Source: Candidatus Acidiferrum sp. (GTDB lineage Bacteria > Methylomirabilota > Methylomirabilia > Rokubacteriales > CSP1-6). From it: a stretch of DNA of 64,000 nt. Numbering within the stretch: the stretch's first letter is position 1; every line of letters begins with the position of its first letter. A model generated the notes under the pieces. It had not been told where the DNA came from and made no database searches. It worked only from the letters and a program-made list of their open reading frames with translations. A program made the translations under genes and the position numbers. This document shows positions 10,314 through 19,668 of this stretch, piece after piece. The stretch is taken from the NCBI GenBank assembly GCA_035317605.1, contig DATHGT010000258.1, forward strand, positions 18,477 through 82,476, in the 5' to 3' direction.

Positions 10314-11160
10314 AGATGAGGTCGACACAGAAGTTGATGACGATGAACAGCACGGCGGAGACGAACACCACGCACTGCACCACCGGATAGTCCCGGTTGT
10401 AGATGGACTGGATGGCCAGCCGGCCGATGCCCGGCCACGCGAACACGGTCTCGGTGACCACGGCGCCACCGAGCAGGGTGCCGAACTGGAGCCCCGTGAT
10501 GGTCACGATCGGCACCGCCGCGTTCTTGAGCGCGTGCTTGACGATCACCAGCGTCTCGGCCACGCCCTTGGCGCGCGCGGTGCGGACGAAGTCCGCGCGC
10601 AGCACCTCCAGCATGGCCGAGCGCGTGAGCCGCGCGATCGAGGCCATGGCGAACGCGCCGAGCGTGAGGGCGGGCAGCACGAGGTGGCGCCAGTCGCCGC
10701 GGCCGGACGTCGGGAGGAGACCGAGCTTCAGCGAGACCACGAGGATGAGCAGGATCCCGATGAAGAACGTGGGAGCCGCCTGGCCGATCAGCGCGACCCC
10801 CATCGCGAGCTGATCGACCAGCGAGTTCCGTCGCACCGCCGAGACGACCCCGATGGGCAGCGCGACCAGCGCGGCCAGCCCGAACGCCGTCAGCCCCAGC
10901 TCCAGCGTCGCCGGCAGGTATCCCCTCACCACGCGCACGGCGGGCTCGCGGAAGTGGATCGAGCGGCCGAAATCGCCGCGCAGGGCGTTGCCGAGGAACA
11001 CCACGTACTGCACGGGCAGCGGCCGGTCGAGCCCCAGCTCGGCGCGGACGCGGAAGATCTCGCTGCGCGGGGCGTCGGGCGGCAACAGCAGCGGCACCGG
11101 ATCGCCCGAGAGCCGCATGACCACGAACACCACGCTGGACACGAGCCACAGCGCGACCAC
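10279..11160 (-). CDS. Peptide ABC transporter permease (DppB/OppB-like); start uncertain
   Basis: The protein shows ...LRALLPFLASRLLRAVVALWLVSSVVFVVMRLSGDP...LGLDRPLPVQYVVFLGNALRGDFGRSI...EAA-loop region. The first canonical start in frame is a GTG at 11160. Alignment to DppB suggests the true N-terminus lies ~12-15 codons further upstream (to ~11200) on a non-canonical start, overlapping the S8 protease stop. Confidence 0.7.
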   Translation of the reverse strand: MVALWLVSSVVFVVMRLSGDPVPLLLPPDAPRSEIFRVRAELGLDRPLPVQYVVFLGNALRGDFGRSIHFREPAVRVVRGYLPATLELGLTAFGLAALVALPIGVVSAVRRNSLVDQLAMGVALIGQAAPTFFIGILLILVVSLKLGLLPTSGRGDWRHLVLPALTLGAFAMASIARLTRSAMLEVLRADFVRTARAKGVAETLVIVKHALKNAAVPIVTITGLQFGTLLGGAVVTETVFAWPGIGRLAIQSIYNRDYPVVQCVVFVSAVLFIVINFCVDLIYGLLDPRVRSG

Positions 11161-11201
11161 CGCCCGAAGGAGCCGAGACGCGAGGAACGGGAGGAGCGCT
11201 C

Positions 11202-13649
11202 TCAGCGGCGTGACGACCGCGCGACGTTCAGCGTGAACGTCGTCTGCCGGCCCAGGGGCTGGCCGGTCACCGTGACCGCGTACGACCCGGACGGGGTCGA
11301 GGGCGCGGTCGCGATGGTCAGCGTGGTCGAGCAGGGCGCGACGCAGAAGGCGGGAGCGAACGCGGCGGTCGCGCCCGCCGGCAGGCCCGAGACCGCGAAC
11401 GAGACGAGGGCGGACGAGGTCTCGGCGTTGCAGGCGGCGTCGATGCGGGTGGAGCCCGACGCGCCCTCGGCCAGGGTGATCGATCGTGACGGCGCCAGCG
11501 AGTAGTCGCTCGCGCCGACGACCAGCCGGGCGCTCAGAGCTCCATACCCATAGAGGTTGTTCCAGCCGTCGCCGTCGTAGACCGCCCCCCCGATCTTCCG
11601 GGTGCTGCGGCGCAGGCGGTCCCGGACGTCGGCCTCGGTGAGCGCGGGCTCCCGGCTCAGCAACAGCCCGGTGACGCCGGCGGCGAGGGCGGCGGCGGAC
11701 GAGGTGCCCCCGAAGTCCGACCGGTAGGTCGTGAGGGGACCGCTGGTCGTGGTCACGCGCACGCTGCCCCCGCTCGACGGGGCCACCAGCCACAGGCCCG
11801 TCCCCCACTGCGAGTAGTCGGACCGGGTGTCGAAGTTCGTGCTCGCTCCCACCGCGATGGCCCGCGGCTCGGAGGCGGGGAAGGCCAGCACGCCTTCCTG
11901 GAGCGGCCGGAACTGGTTGCTCTGGTTGCCGCAGATCAGCGACGACCGCGAGACGAGCGCCCCCGCCGCCGTGTAGAGCGAGAACCGGAGGCCGTCGAGG
12001 CACCGCGTCGAGTATTGATCGCCGCCGTCGAAGGTCTCGGCGGAGACCCAGAGGTTGAAGGCGAGCATCCCCGCGGGGACCGTGCGCTGGACCCGCAGGG
12101 TCGTCGACTGCGAGTCACCGATGGTGCCCGCCTTGGCCGCGCACCGTCCGCCGCGCGCGGAGGCGGCCCGCGTGGGATCGTCGACGATCCGCCAGCCGGC
12201 GGGGCCCGCGGTCGTCCAGCCGGACGGCAGACCGTGACAGGCTTCGAACGTCTCGACGGTGCCGTCGGGAAACGCCACGTTGTCGAGCCAGGCCGTGTCG
12301 AAGCCGCGACTCCCCGACTCGTTCTTGAGGTATTCCCACTCGAAGATCCACGTGCCCGCGGGGATGGTGAACCCGGTGAGGCCGTCGAGGCCGGCCGACA
12401 GGTAGCCGGACGCGGCGTTGGCGGCGGCGAAGAACACCGGGGCGCCGCGGCCGCCGCGCCCGTGGGTGGCGGCGAACTCGATGCCGCTGCTGATCACCGC
12501 GGAGGGCGTGCCGCCGCCCCAGGAGTTGCTGAGCACGTCGGCGTGGTTGGCCGCGTAGCGGAGGGCCTGGGCCGCCGCCGCGTCGCCGGCGAAGGACGAT
12601 CCGTGAAAGATCTTGACGGGCATGATGCGGCAGCGCTGGCAGGCGCCGGTCACGCCGACGCCGTCGCCGCCGCGCGCCGCCGCCACGCCGGCGGCGGCGG
12701 TGCCGTGGCTGTCGCGATCGCCGATCGGGTTGGTGTCGTTGCCGTTGCGGGCGAAGTCCCAGCCGTGAACGTCTTCCACGTACCCGTTGCCATCCCCGTC
12801 GACGTGGCTGCCCGCGGTCTCACCGGGATTCGTCCATAGATTTGGCCCCAGGTCGGGATGCGCCTGCACGACGCCGTCGTCGATGATGGCGATGACCACG
12901 TCGGGGCTGCCGGTGGTCACGTCCCACGCAGCGACCAGATCGGCGTCGGCGCCGGGCGATCCCCCGCCCTGCCCGGTGTTCTGCAGGTGCCACTGCTGGG
13001 GGAACATCGGATCGTCGGGGGCGGCGCTGCGGACGTATTCGCGAAGGAAGTTCGGGTGCGCCCACTCGACCCACGGCTCGGCGGCCAGCGCGTTGGCCAG
13101 GGCCAGCGGGTCGTCGGCCTTGGGGTCGACCAGCTCGAGGATCAGCTCATCGTCCGCTCCGATCAGAGGCCGCGCCACCCGCAGCGTTGCCGGCAGTCCC
13201 GCCGCGACGGCGGCCGGCGTCGTTCCCGCCCGCACCTTGACGACGATCTCGTTCGTGAGGAGCAGGAGCTGGCCCGACGGCGGATGCACCAGCGCCGGAT
13301 AGGCCCACGCCACCGCGGGGTCGGCCAATACGTCCTGGTGCACGACGCGAGCCGCCTGCCGTCGATCCACCGACGGGGTCACCGGTTGGATCGAGAGCAG
13401 CGTCACCGACGGAATCACCTCGGTCTCGCCGAGCGTCACGTGCGTGTGCGAGGACGACCGCGTGGCCGGGCGAGGGCCGCGCGCGTCGGGCGTCGCCGCG
13501 TAGCCGACGCTCAAGAACGCGTGGGCATGATCGAGCGGGACCGGCTGGCCCTGATGGAGATAGCTCGGTCCCTGGGCGCTCGCCGCGCCGGCGACCAGCA
13601 GCGCGGCGCAGAACGCGTGGACTCGAACGAGGGGGAGAAGCAATCGCAT
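11202..13649 (-). CDS. Secreted subtilisin-like serine protease (peptidase S8) with a C-terminal beta-sandwich extension
   Basis: The signal peptide is MRLLLPLVRVHAFCAALLVAGAASAQG (ATG 13649, M121 of ORF 11202..14009). The catalytic triad motifs are AIIDDGV (Asp), DSHGTAAAG (His) and GGTSSAAALAAGV (Ser). Confidence 0.85.
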   Translation of the reverse strand: MRLLLPLVRVHAFCAALLVAGAASAQGPSYLHQGQPVPLDHAHAFLSVGYAATPDARGPRPATRSSSHTHVTLGETEVIPSVTLLSIQPVTPSVDRRQAARVVHQDVLADPAVAWAYPALVHPPSGQLLLLTNEIVVKVRAGTTPAAVAAGLPATLRVARPLIGADDELILELVDPKADDPLALANALAAEPWVEWAHPNFLREYVRSAAPDDPMFPQQWHLQNTGQGGGSPGADADLVAAWDVTTGSPDVVIAIIDDGVVQAHPDLGPNLWTNPGETAGSHVDGDGNGYVEDVHGWDFARNGNDTNPIGDRDSHGTAAAGVAAARGGDGVGVTGACQRCRIMPVKIFHGSSFAGDAAAAQALRYAANHADVLSNSWGGGTPSAVISSGIEFAATHGRGGRGAPVFFAAANAASGYLSAGLDGLTGFTIPAGTWIFEWEYLKNESGSRGFDTAWLDNVAFPDGTVETFEACHGLPSGWTTAGPAGWRIVDDPTRAASARGGRCAAKAGTIGDSQSTTLRVQRTVPAGMLAFNLWVSAETFDGGDQYSTRCLDGLRFSLYTAAGALVSRSSLICGNQSNQFRPLQEGVLAFPASEPRAIAVGASTNFDTRSDYSQWGTGLWLVAPSSGGSVRVTTTSGPLTTYRSDFGGTSSAAALAAGVTGLLLSREPALTEADVRDRLRRSTRKIGGAVYDGDGWNNLYGYGALSARLVVGASDYSLAPSRSITLAEGASGSTRIDAACNAETSSALVSFAVSGLPAGATAAFAPAFCVAPCSTTLTIATAPSTPSGSYAVTVTGQPLGRQTTFTLNVARSSRR

Positions 13650-13650
13650 G

Positions 13651-13692
13651 CGCGATGGGGCGGAGGCCCTGAGCCTCCGCCCCGGTCGGCCG
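13651..13692 (-). terminator. GC-rich stem-loop between the SBP stop and the S8 protease start (intercistronic attenuator/terminator)
   Basis: On the - strand GGGGCGGAGGC-ucag-GGCCUCCGCCCC forms an 11-bp near-perfect stem. It sits in the 44-nt gap between the SBP TGA (13694) and the protease ATG (13649). Confidence 0.5.
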
Positions 13693-13693
13693 A

Positions 13694-15232
13694 TCAGGCG
13701 CGCCGCAACTTCAGGTTGAAGCGCCGGATCTCGAGCTGCTGGAGGGGATCCGGAGTCCATTCGACGTACTTCTGGGCGCCGTAGTCCTCGTAGGGCTGGA
13801 TGATCGGGATCCACGGCAAGTGCTCGAGGAAGATCTTGGTCATCTCGCGGTACGCGGTGTCGCGGAACTTCTCGTCGATCGAGAAGCGCGCGGCCTCGCC
13901 CAGCTCGTCGAAGCGCGGATGACGCCAGTAGTCCTGCGGACCGCCCGGAGCCAGCAGCCGCCACATCATCCCGTCCGGGTCGCCGTAGGCGGACGTGGGA
14001 TCGGACCACCAGAGGCCCTTGAAGCTCTTGTCACGGTTCTTCTGGGCGCGCACCGAATACTCCAGCACCTCGACCTTGGCGTTGACGCCGACGTCGCGCC
14101 ACATCGCCACGATGGCTTCCGACATGGGCTTGTCGTTGGCGGTGTAGCCGGAGGTCGTCTCGATCACGATCTCCTCGCCCTTGTAGTTGGCCTTCTTCAA
14201 CCGCTCACGGGCCTGCGCGGGGTTGTAGGCCAGCGGCGGCGCCGATGCGTCGAAGTGGTTGTCGCCCTTGGCGATGGGTCCGCTCGGCACGATGCCGCGC
14301 CCGCGCCACAGCTCCTTCACGATCAGATCGCGGTCGACCGCGAGGGCCAGCGCCTGCTTGACCAGTGGATTGTCGAGGGGCGGGCGCTTGCTGTTGACGG
14401 CGAGCACGTAGAGCCCGGCGTAGAGCGCGCCCATCACGCGGGTGGTCGGGTTGCCGGCCACGCGCTCGCCGTGATCGGGGGGCAGCTGGGTGATGAGGTC
14501 GACCTCGGCCTTGAGGAGCGCGGCGATGCGGGGGGCCAGGTCGGGGATGGCGCGGACGATCACCCGGTCGACGTCGATCTTGCCGCCCCAGTAGCCCGGG
14601 TTGGCGTCGAGCACGATCTTGTCGTCCTTGGTCCACGACACGAAGCGCACCGGGCCCGTGCCCACGGGCTTGGCGTTGAACTCGTCGCCGCCCACCGCCT
14701 CGAGATACTTCTTCGGCACGATCTGGCCGCCGTAGAAGGCCAGGCGCGCGGCGAGCAGCGGATCGGGCTTCTTGGTGTGCATGACCACGGTCAGCGGGTC
14801 GGGCGCCTCGATCCGATCGATGGTGGTGAAGACGGTGTTCACCCGCGTCTTCACGTTGGGATCCAACGTCCGCTCCAGGCTGTACTTCACGTCCGCCGAG
14901 GAGAACGGGTCGCCGTTGTGCCACTTGACGCCGGAGCGCAGCTTGAACGTCCACGTGGTGGCGGGCGCCAGCTTCCATTCCGTGGCCAGCCCCGGCTGGA
15001 GCTTGCCGTCGGGACGCCGGCTGATGAGGTTGTCGAAGATGTTGAACGAGATCCGGATGTCGTTCGATGACGTCGAGAAGTGGGGATCGAACTTCGAGAT
15101 GTCACCGCCCTGGGCCACGACCAGCTCCCGCTTCTGGGTCGTCTGCGCCCCGGCCGGGCGCGGAGCGAGCGCGCCGGCGACTCCGAGCGCGCCCGCGCCC
15201 TGGAGCAGCTCACGACGGGTCATCCGTGTCAT
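13694..15232 (-). CDS. ABC transporter periplasmic substrate-binding protein, family 5 (DppA/OppA-like), Tat signal
   Basis: MTRMTRRELLQGAGALGVAGALAPRPAGAQ is a twin-arginine signal. The family-5 SBP fold runs throughout. GGAGG sits 5 nt upstream of the ATG at 15232 (M24 of ORF 13694..15301). Confidence 0.85.
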   Translation of the reverse strand: MTRMTRRELLQGAGALGVAGALAPRPAGAQTTQKRELVVAQGGDISKFDPHFSTSSNDIRISFNIFDNLISRRPDGKLQPGLATEWKLAPATTWTFKLRSGVKWHNGDPFSSADVKYSLERTLDPNVKTRVNTVFTTIDRIEAPDPLTVVMHTKKPDPLLAARLAFYGGQIVPKKYLEAVGGDEFNAKPVGTGPVRFVSWTKDDKIVLDANPGYWGGKIDVDRVIVRAIPDLAPRIAALLKAEVDLITQLPPDHGERVAGNPTTRVMGALYAGLYVLAVNSKRPPLDNPLVKQALALAVDRDLIVKELWRGRGIVPSGPIAKGDNHFDASAPPLAYNPAQARERLKKANYKGEEIVIETTSGYTANDKPMSEAIVAMWRDVGVNAKVEVLEYSVRAQKNRDKSFKGLWWSDPTSAYGDPDGMMWRLLAPGGPQDYWRHPRFDELGEAARFSIDEKFRDTAYREMTKIFLEHLPWIPIIQPYEDYGAQKYVEWTPDPLQQLEIRRFNLKLRRA

Positions 15233-15380
15233 ATGGACCTCCTGGGTCGTCCGGAACAAGGTGAGGGAGCGGTTATAGGCCGTGGCCCCCGGCCGTGTCA
15301 AGAAACGCCTCCTCGCGCTCTCGACCCGCGAGACCGTTGGGATCGGCTGTCAGCGCGTCGGATCGATACGTAAATTGGTA

Positions 15381-15404
15381 TTCCCGATTGGCGTTTCCGA
15401 TTGC
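15381..15404 (+). promoter_or_regulatory. Tandem direct repeat TTCCCGATTGG / TTTCCGATTGC (13-nt period) 37-60 nt upstream of the EgtB-like ATG
   Basis: Seen directly in the divergent intergenic region between the SBP gene (-) and the EgtB-like gene (+). Confidence 0.35.
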
Positions 15405-15440
15405 ACCCACCCAAATCCCCGGTACGATTTGCGTGACGCC

Positions 15441-16787
15441 ATGAGCCCAACGGCGCTCGCCCTCGATCTGGAGCGGCGCTTCCGAATCGTCTGGGAGCGG
15501 ACGGATCGGCTCTTCGAGCTGGTCGTCCCCGACGGCATCTTCCAGCGTCCGATCGCCCTGCGCCATCCGTTCATCTTCTACGTCGGTCACCTGCCGGCCT
15601 TCGCCTGGAACCATGTGTGCCGGCGACTGCTCGGTCGTCCCTCGTTCAACCCGCGCTTCGACGAGATCTTCGACCGGGGCATCGATCCCGACGTCGACGA
15701 TCCGACGCAGTGCCACGCGCATCCCGAGGTCCCTGACGCCTGGCCGAGCCTGGACGCCGTGCTCGCGTACCGGGATCGGGTCCGCAGCGAGATGCTCGCC
15801 TCGCTCGACGAGGCCGCGGACGCTCCGGCGACCGACGTGATGGCCGAGAACGGTCGCGTCCTCCTGATGATGCTCGAGCACGAGCAGATGCACCAGGAGA
15901 CGCTGCTCTACATGATGCAACGCCTGCCGCTCTCGCGACTCACCCGTCCCGCCCTGCCCCCTTCCTACACGTTCGCCGACGCGCTTCGCTCCCGCCCGAT
16001 CGAGGTCGAGGCCGGCCGCGCGACCCTCGGGGCCGACTTCGACGACCTCGATTTCGGCTGGGACAACGAGTTCCCGCGCGTCACCCTCGCGGTGCCGCGC
16101 TTCGTGATCGACTCGACCCCGGTCACCAACGGCGACTTTCTCGAGTTCGTCGAGAGCGGCGGCTACGGTCGCGCCGAACTTTGGGGCGACGGTGACTGGC
16201 CGTGGAAAGAAACCGCCGGGCTCCGTCATCCGATGGTGTGGACGTTTCGCGACGGCGCCTGGGTCTACCGCACGCTCCTCGACGAGCTGACGCTGACGTC
16301 GGCCCGCGACTGGCCCGTCTACGTCAGCCTGGCCGAGGCGCGTGCGTTCGCCAGATGGCGGGGCCACCGGTTGCCGACCGAAGCCGAATACCACCGCGCG
16401 GCGTACGGCGAGCCCGGCGGCGGCGAGCGCCCGTTCCCCTGGGGCGACGACGAGCCAAGCTCCCGCCACGGCAACTTCCACTTCGCCCACGGGTCTGCCC
16501 TGCCCGTCGGCTCTCATCCCGCCGGCGCGAGTGCGTGGGGCGTCCACGAACTCATCGGTAATGGCTGGGAATGGACGGAGAGCGCGTTCACGCCCTTCCC
16601 CGGATTCGGGGCGTACATCCCCGGCTATCCGGGATACTCCGCCGATTTCTTCGACGGCAAGCACTACGTGCTCAAGGGCGCGTCCTGGGCCACCGACGCG
16701 CAGCTGATCCGCCGGACCTTCAGGAACTGGTACCAGTCCCGCTACCCATACGTCTTCGCGAAGTTCCGCTGCGTCCGCCCGGTCTGA
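15441..16787 (+). CDS. EgtB-type sulfoxide synthase-like non-heme-iron enzyme (DinB_2 N-terminal domain fused to a formylglycine-generating-enzyme / sulfatase-modifying-factor fold)
   Basis: The N-terminal DinB-like helical bundle carries His motifs (HPFIFYVGHLPAF...HEQMHQE). The C-terminal FGE-sulfatase fold shows RVTLAVPRFVIDSTPVTNGDFLEFV...WRGHRLPTEAEYHRAAYG...GNGWEWTESAF. The start is ATG 15441 (M54 of ORF 15282..16787). Confidence 0.8.
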   Translation: MSPTALALDLERRFRIVWERTDRLFELVVPDGIFQRPIALRHPFIFYVGHLPAFAWNHVCRRLLGRPSFNPRFDEIFDRGIDPDVDDPTQCHAHPEVPDAWPSLDAVLAYRDRVRSEMLASLDEAADAPATDVMAENGRVLLMMLEHEQMHQETLLYMMQRLPLSRLTRPALPPSYTFADALRSRPIEVEAGRATLGADFDDLDFGWDNEFPRVTLAVPRFVIDSTPVTNGDFLEFVESGGYGRAELWGDGDWPWKETAGLRHPMVWTFRDGAWVYRTLLDELTLTSARDWPVYVSLAEARAFARWRGHRLPTEAEYHRAAYGEPGGGERPFPWGDDEPSSRHGNFHFAHGSALPVGSHPAGASAWGVHELIGNGWEWTESAFTPFPGFGAYIPGYPGYSADFFDGKHYVLKGASWATDAQLIRRTFRNWYQSRYPYVFAKFRCVRPV

Positions 16788-16826
16788 GTCCTTCCACCGG
16801 GTGCGCCCCCGTGGGGCGCCGGCCCC

Positions 16827-17750
16827 TCAGTGCGGGGGTTGGGGCAGCGGCAGATCGAAGGGGGCGCCCCACGTGAACGTGTGGGTCTGCCCGCTGGACG
16901 ACCGAAGCACGAACCACTCGGCCGTCGAGCCTCGCTCCACCGCGACGTCCGCTTTGCCGTCGCCGTCGAAGTCGCCGGGCACCGGGGTGTCGCCGGGAGC
17001 GCCGAAGGTGAGCGCCTGCAATCCGGTGGCGCTGCCGAAGATCAGCCACTCGCCCGTGGCCGTCCGATAGACGGCCAGATCGGTCTTGCCGTCACCGTCG
17101 AAGTCGGCGGGCACCGGAACGTCGCCGAGCCCGCTCGCGGCCGGAGCGCCGAACACTCGGGTTTGAAAGCCGGTGGCGCTGCCGAAGATGAACCACTCCC
17201 CGGTGGCCTTGCGATAGACGGCGAGATCGGCCTTGCCGTCGCCGTCGTAGTCCCCGGGCACCGGCGTGTCGCCGAGGCCAAGCGAGGCGGGAGAACCGAA
17301 GAGCAGCGTCTGAAAGCCGGTCGCCGTGCCGAACACGAACCATTCGCCGGTGGCCTTGCGATAGACGGCGAGATCGGCCTTGCCGTCGCCATCGTAGTCC
17401 GCGGGCACCGCCGTGTCGCCGAGGCCCAGCGAGGCGGGGGAGCCGAAGAGCAGCGTCCGGAAGCCGGTCGCGCTGCCGAACACGAACCATTCGCCGGTCG
17501 CTTGCCGGTAGACCGCGAGATCCGTCCGGCGATCGCCATCGAAATCGGCGGGCACCGGCGAGTCGCCGAGACCGCTGGCGGCCGGCGAGCCGAAGAGCAG
17601 CGTCTGAAAACCCGTCGCGCTGCCGAACACGAACCACTCTCCCGTGCCCGGTCGATAGACGGCCGCGTCCGTCTTGCCGTCGCCGTCGAAGTCACCGAGG
17701 ACCCGCCCGACGGCCAGGGTCGCGGTGCGGACCGTGGAGCCCCCCCCGTT
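16827..17750 (-). repeat. ~0.9-kb FG-GAP-module DNA repeat, copy 1 (3' end of protease 1)
   Basis: This copy is ~85-93% nucleotide-identical to 20203..21110 and 23887..24790. The same alternative-frame ORFs recur: 17092..17637, 20441..21028 and 24167..24712 all read MVRVRQRDRLSD.... Confidence 0.7.
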
Positions 17751-19640
17751 CGTGGTGTTGGTGAACGCCAGCGTGGAGGGACCATAGGTGCCGAGGGCGA
17801 GGCCGTTGGCGGTGGCGTTCACGGTGAAGGTCACCGTCGTGGCCGACGTGGTCGCCGTGCCCGACATCGGCGAGGCGGTCAACCAGCTCGGCACCCCGGA
17901 GATGGCAAAGTTCACCGCGCCCGTCGTCGTGCTGAGCTGGAACTGGAACGACGACGGCGAGAAGGGTCCCCCCTTCTTCCCGGAGGAGAGGACGTTGCCG
18001 GCCGGCGTGACCTGCAAGGTGGGCACGAGCACGTTGACGGACAGGATCGCGGTCCGGGTGGTGTTGCCCAGACCGTTGGTGGTGTTGGTGAACGTGATGG
18101 TGGTCGGGCCGTAGACGCCGGGGGCGAGCGCGTTCGCGCCGGCGTTCACCGTGAAGGTGACCGTGGTCGCCGACGTCGTCGCGGTGCCCGAGGTGGCCGA
18201 GGCGGTCAGCCAGCTCGGCACCCCGGAAATCGAAAAGTTCACCGACCCGCTCGTCGCGCTCAGCTGATACGCGAACGAGGACGGCGAGAACGGCCCGCCC
18301 TGGAGGCCCGAAGCCGCGAGGTTGGTGGCCGGCGTCACCGAAAGGGCCGACGGTCCGCTCACCGTGATCGTGCTGCGTATCTCGGCGGCCGCGACGCCGC
18401 GCTCGACGATCACCTTCGCGGTGAAGGTGCCGGCGGAGGCGTAGACGTGGGGGGCGTTCTGCGAGGTGGCCACGACCGCGTTGAACTTCGCGCCGATGAC
18501 CGGGTTGGTCGGATCGCCGCAGGCCGCCGTCACCGCGCTCACGCTGGTCCCGGAGTTCGAGCAGTTCCACCAGAACGTGTAGTTGATCGTTCCCACCGCC
18601 GTGCCCCCGACCTGGGCGGTCAGCGTGGTGCTCAGCGGGCTGGGGCCGCTGGCAGGATTGGGCGTCAACGAGGCCGACAGCGACAGCACCGTCCATCCGA
18701 TGTCCTGAAACAGCGCGAGCTCCAGGCTCGGATCGAGCGGCACCGTGTAGATCGGCTCCATGATCTGATCGGGCGAGAGCGCGGTGTCCCAGTGCGACAC
18801 CGAGGAGCCGGGCTGCTGGGGACTCGGGGCGAACATCCGGACGTGGTCGCCCACCTTGCCCGCCGAGAGGATGCCACTGGCGGCCCGAACCTGAGCGCCG
18901 ACCCAGTGCAGGTTGCCGCTATTCGTGCTCGCGGCGACGCGCTGGGCGTTGGTCATGCTCGGATAGTCGGCCGGGCTGGCCCCGTGGCTTTCCAGGTTCA
19001 GCATGAACGTGTCGTTCAGGCCCAGGGCCTTGGCGCCGGTGGTCAGGTCGACGAGGGTGAGAAAGCCCAGCCCGTGGCCCAGCTCGTGGAGGAGGACCGT
19101 GACGAAGTCGATGTTGGCGCCCGCGTTGCCGTCGAGCCCGTAGTACCAGCTTCTCGGGAACGCGCAGGTCGTCCCGATCGCGCTGTTGAATTGCGCGTTG
19201 ATGTCGGCGGCGCCGTCGAGGTCGGTTCCATGGAGCGCGTTGGCGAGCGGGCTCGGATACCAGGTGGACCCCAGGGGGGCGCCGCTGAAATCGCGAAAGG
19301 CGGTGTTGGGGCCGGCGGACCCGAGGATCGCGGAGCTGGCGTTGCACGCCAACGGATCGAACGTGGCGTTGACCCGGATGGTCACCGCGCTGAACAGGAG
19401 CGCGCCCCAGACGTCCGCGGCGTGCTGGAAGGCGATCAGTCGCTGCGCGCCGAGCGTCACTCCGAGGTTACCACCTATGGGAGCCACGGGGGTCGCATCG
19501 TTGAACCCCTCGCCGGGGCCGTCGTTGTTGATCACCGTGATGACCGCGGCGTGCGCGAGGGGAGACGCGACGGTCGCCAGCCCGACGAGCGACGCGAGCG
19601 CGACGACGACGCTGAACCCCCTCCGGCGGCGCCTCACCAT
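16827..19640 (-). CDS. Secreted zinc metalloprotease (HEXXH: VLLHELGHGLGFL) + 2 Ig-like domains + C-terminal FG-GAP repeat beta-propeller (protease cassette 1)
   Basis: The signal peptide is MVRRRRRGFSVVVALASLVGLATVASPLAHA (ATG 19640). HELGHGLGF is the zinc-binding HEXXH motif. There are two ~100-aa tandem Ig-like repeats (...SGVPSWLTAS...TVTFTVNA...). Six or seven ~50-aa FG-GAP/VCBS repeats follow (GDFDGDGKTDLAVYR...GEWFVFGSATGF...LFG). Confidence 0.8.
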   Translation of the reverse strand: MVRRRRRGFSVVVALASLVGLATVASPLAHAAVITVINNDGPGEGFNDATPVAPIGGNLGVTLGAQRLIAFQHAADVWGALLFSAVTIRVNATFDPLACNASSAILGSAGPNTAFRDFSGAPLGSTWYPSPLANALHGTDLDGAADINAQFNSAIGTTCAFPRSWYYGLDGNAGANIDFVTVLLHELGHGLGFLTLVDLTTGAKALGLNDTFMLNLESHGASPADYPSMTNAQRVAASTNSGNLHWVGAQVRAASGILSAGKVGDHVRMFAPSPQQPGSSVSHWDTALSPDQIMEPIYTVPLDPSLELALFQDIGWTVLSLSASLTPNPASGPSPLSTTLTAQVGGTAVGTINYTFWWNCSNSGTSVSAVTAACGDPTNPVIGAKFNAVVATSQNAPHVYASAGTFTAKVIVERGVAAAEIRSTITVSGPSALSVTPATNLAASGLQGGPFSPSSFAYQLSATSGSVNFSISGVPSWLTASATSGTATTSATTVTFTVNAGANALAPGVYGPTTITFTNTTNGLGNTTRTAILSVNVLVPTLQVTPAGNVLSSGKKGGPFSPSSFQFQLSTTTGAVNFAISGVPSWLTASPMSGTATTSATTVTFTVNATANGLALGTYGPSTLAFTNTTNGGGSTVRTATLAVGRVLGDFDGDGKTDAAVYRPGTGEWFVFGSATGFQTLLFGSPAASGLGDSPVPADFDGDRRTDLAVYRQATGEWFVFGSATGFRTLLFGSPASLGLGDTAVPADYDGDGKADLAVYRKATGEWFVFGTATGFQTLLFGSPASLGLGDTPVPGDYDGDGKADLAVYRKATGEWFIFGSATGFQTRVFGAPAASGLGDVPVPADFDGDGKTDLAVYRTATGEWLIFGSATGLQALTFGAPGDTPVPGDFDGDGKADVAVERGSTAEWFVLRSSSGQTHTFTWGAPFDLPLPQPPH

Positions 19641-19668
19641 CGCCGCCTCGCCCCGTGGCGCCGAATCG

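Noticed and set aside
15441-16787. Annotating the EgtB-like gene as a formylglycine-generating enzyme (sulfatase maturase)
   Set aside because: The N-terminal DinB_2 domain with His-rich motifs is characteristic of EgtB/OvoA sulfoxide synthases, not of SUMF1-type FGEs. There is also no sulfatase gene nearby.
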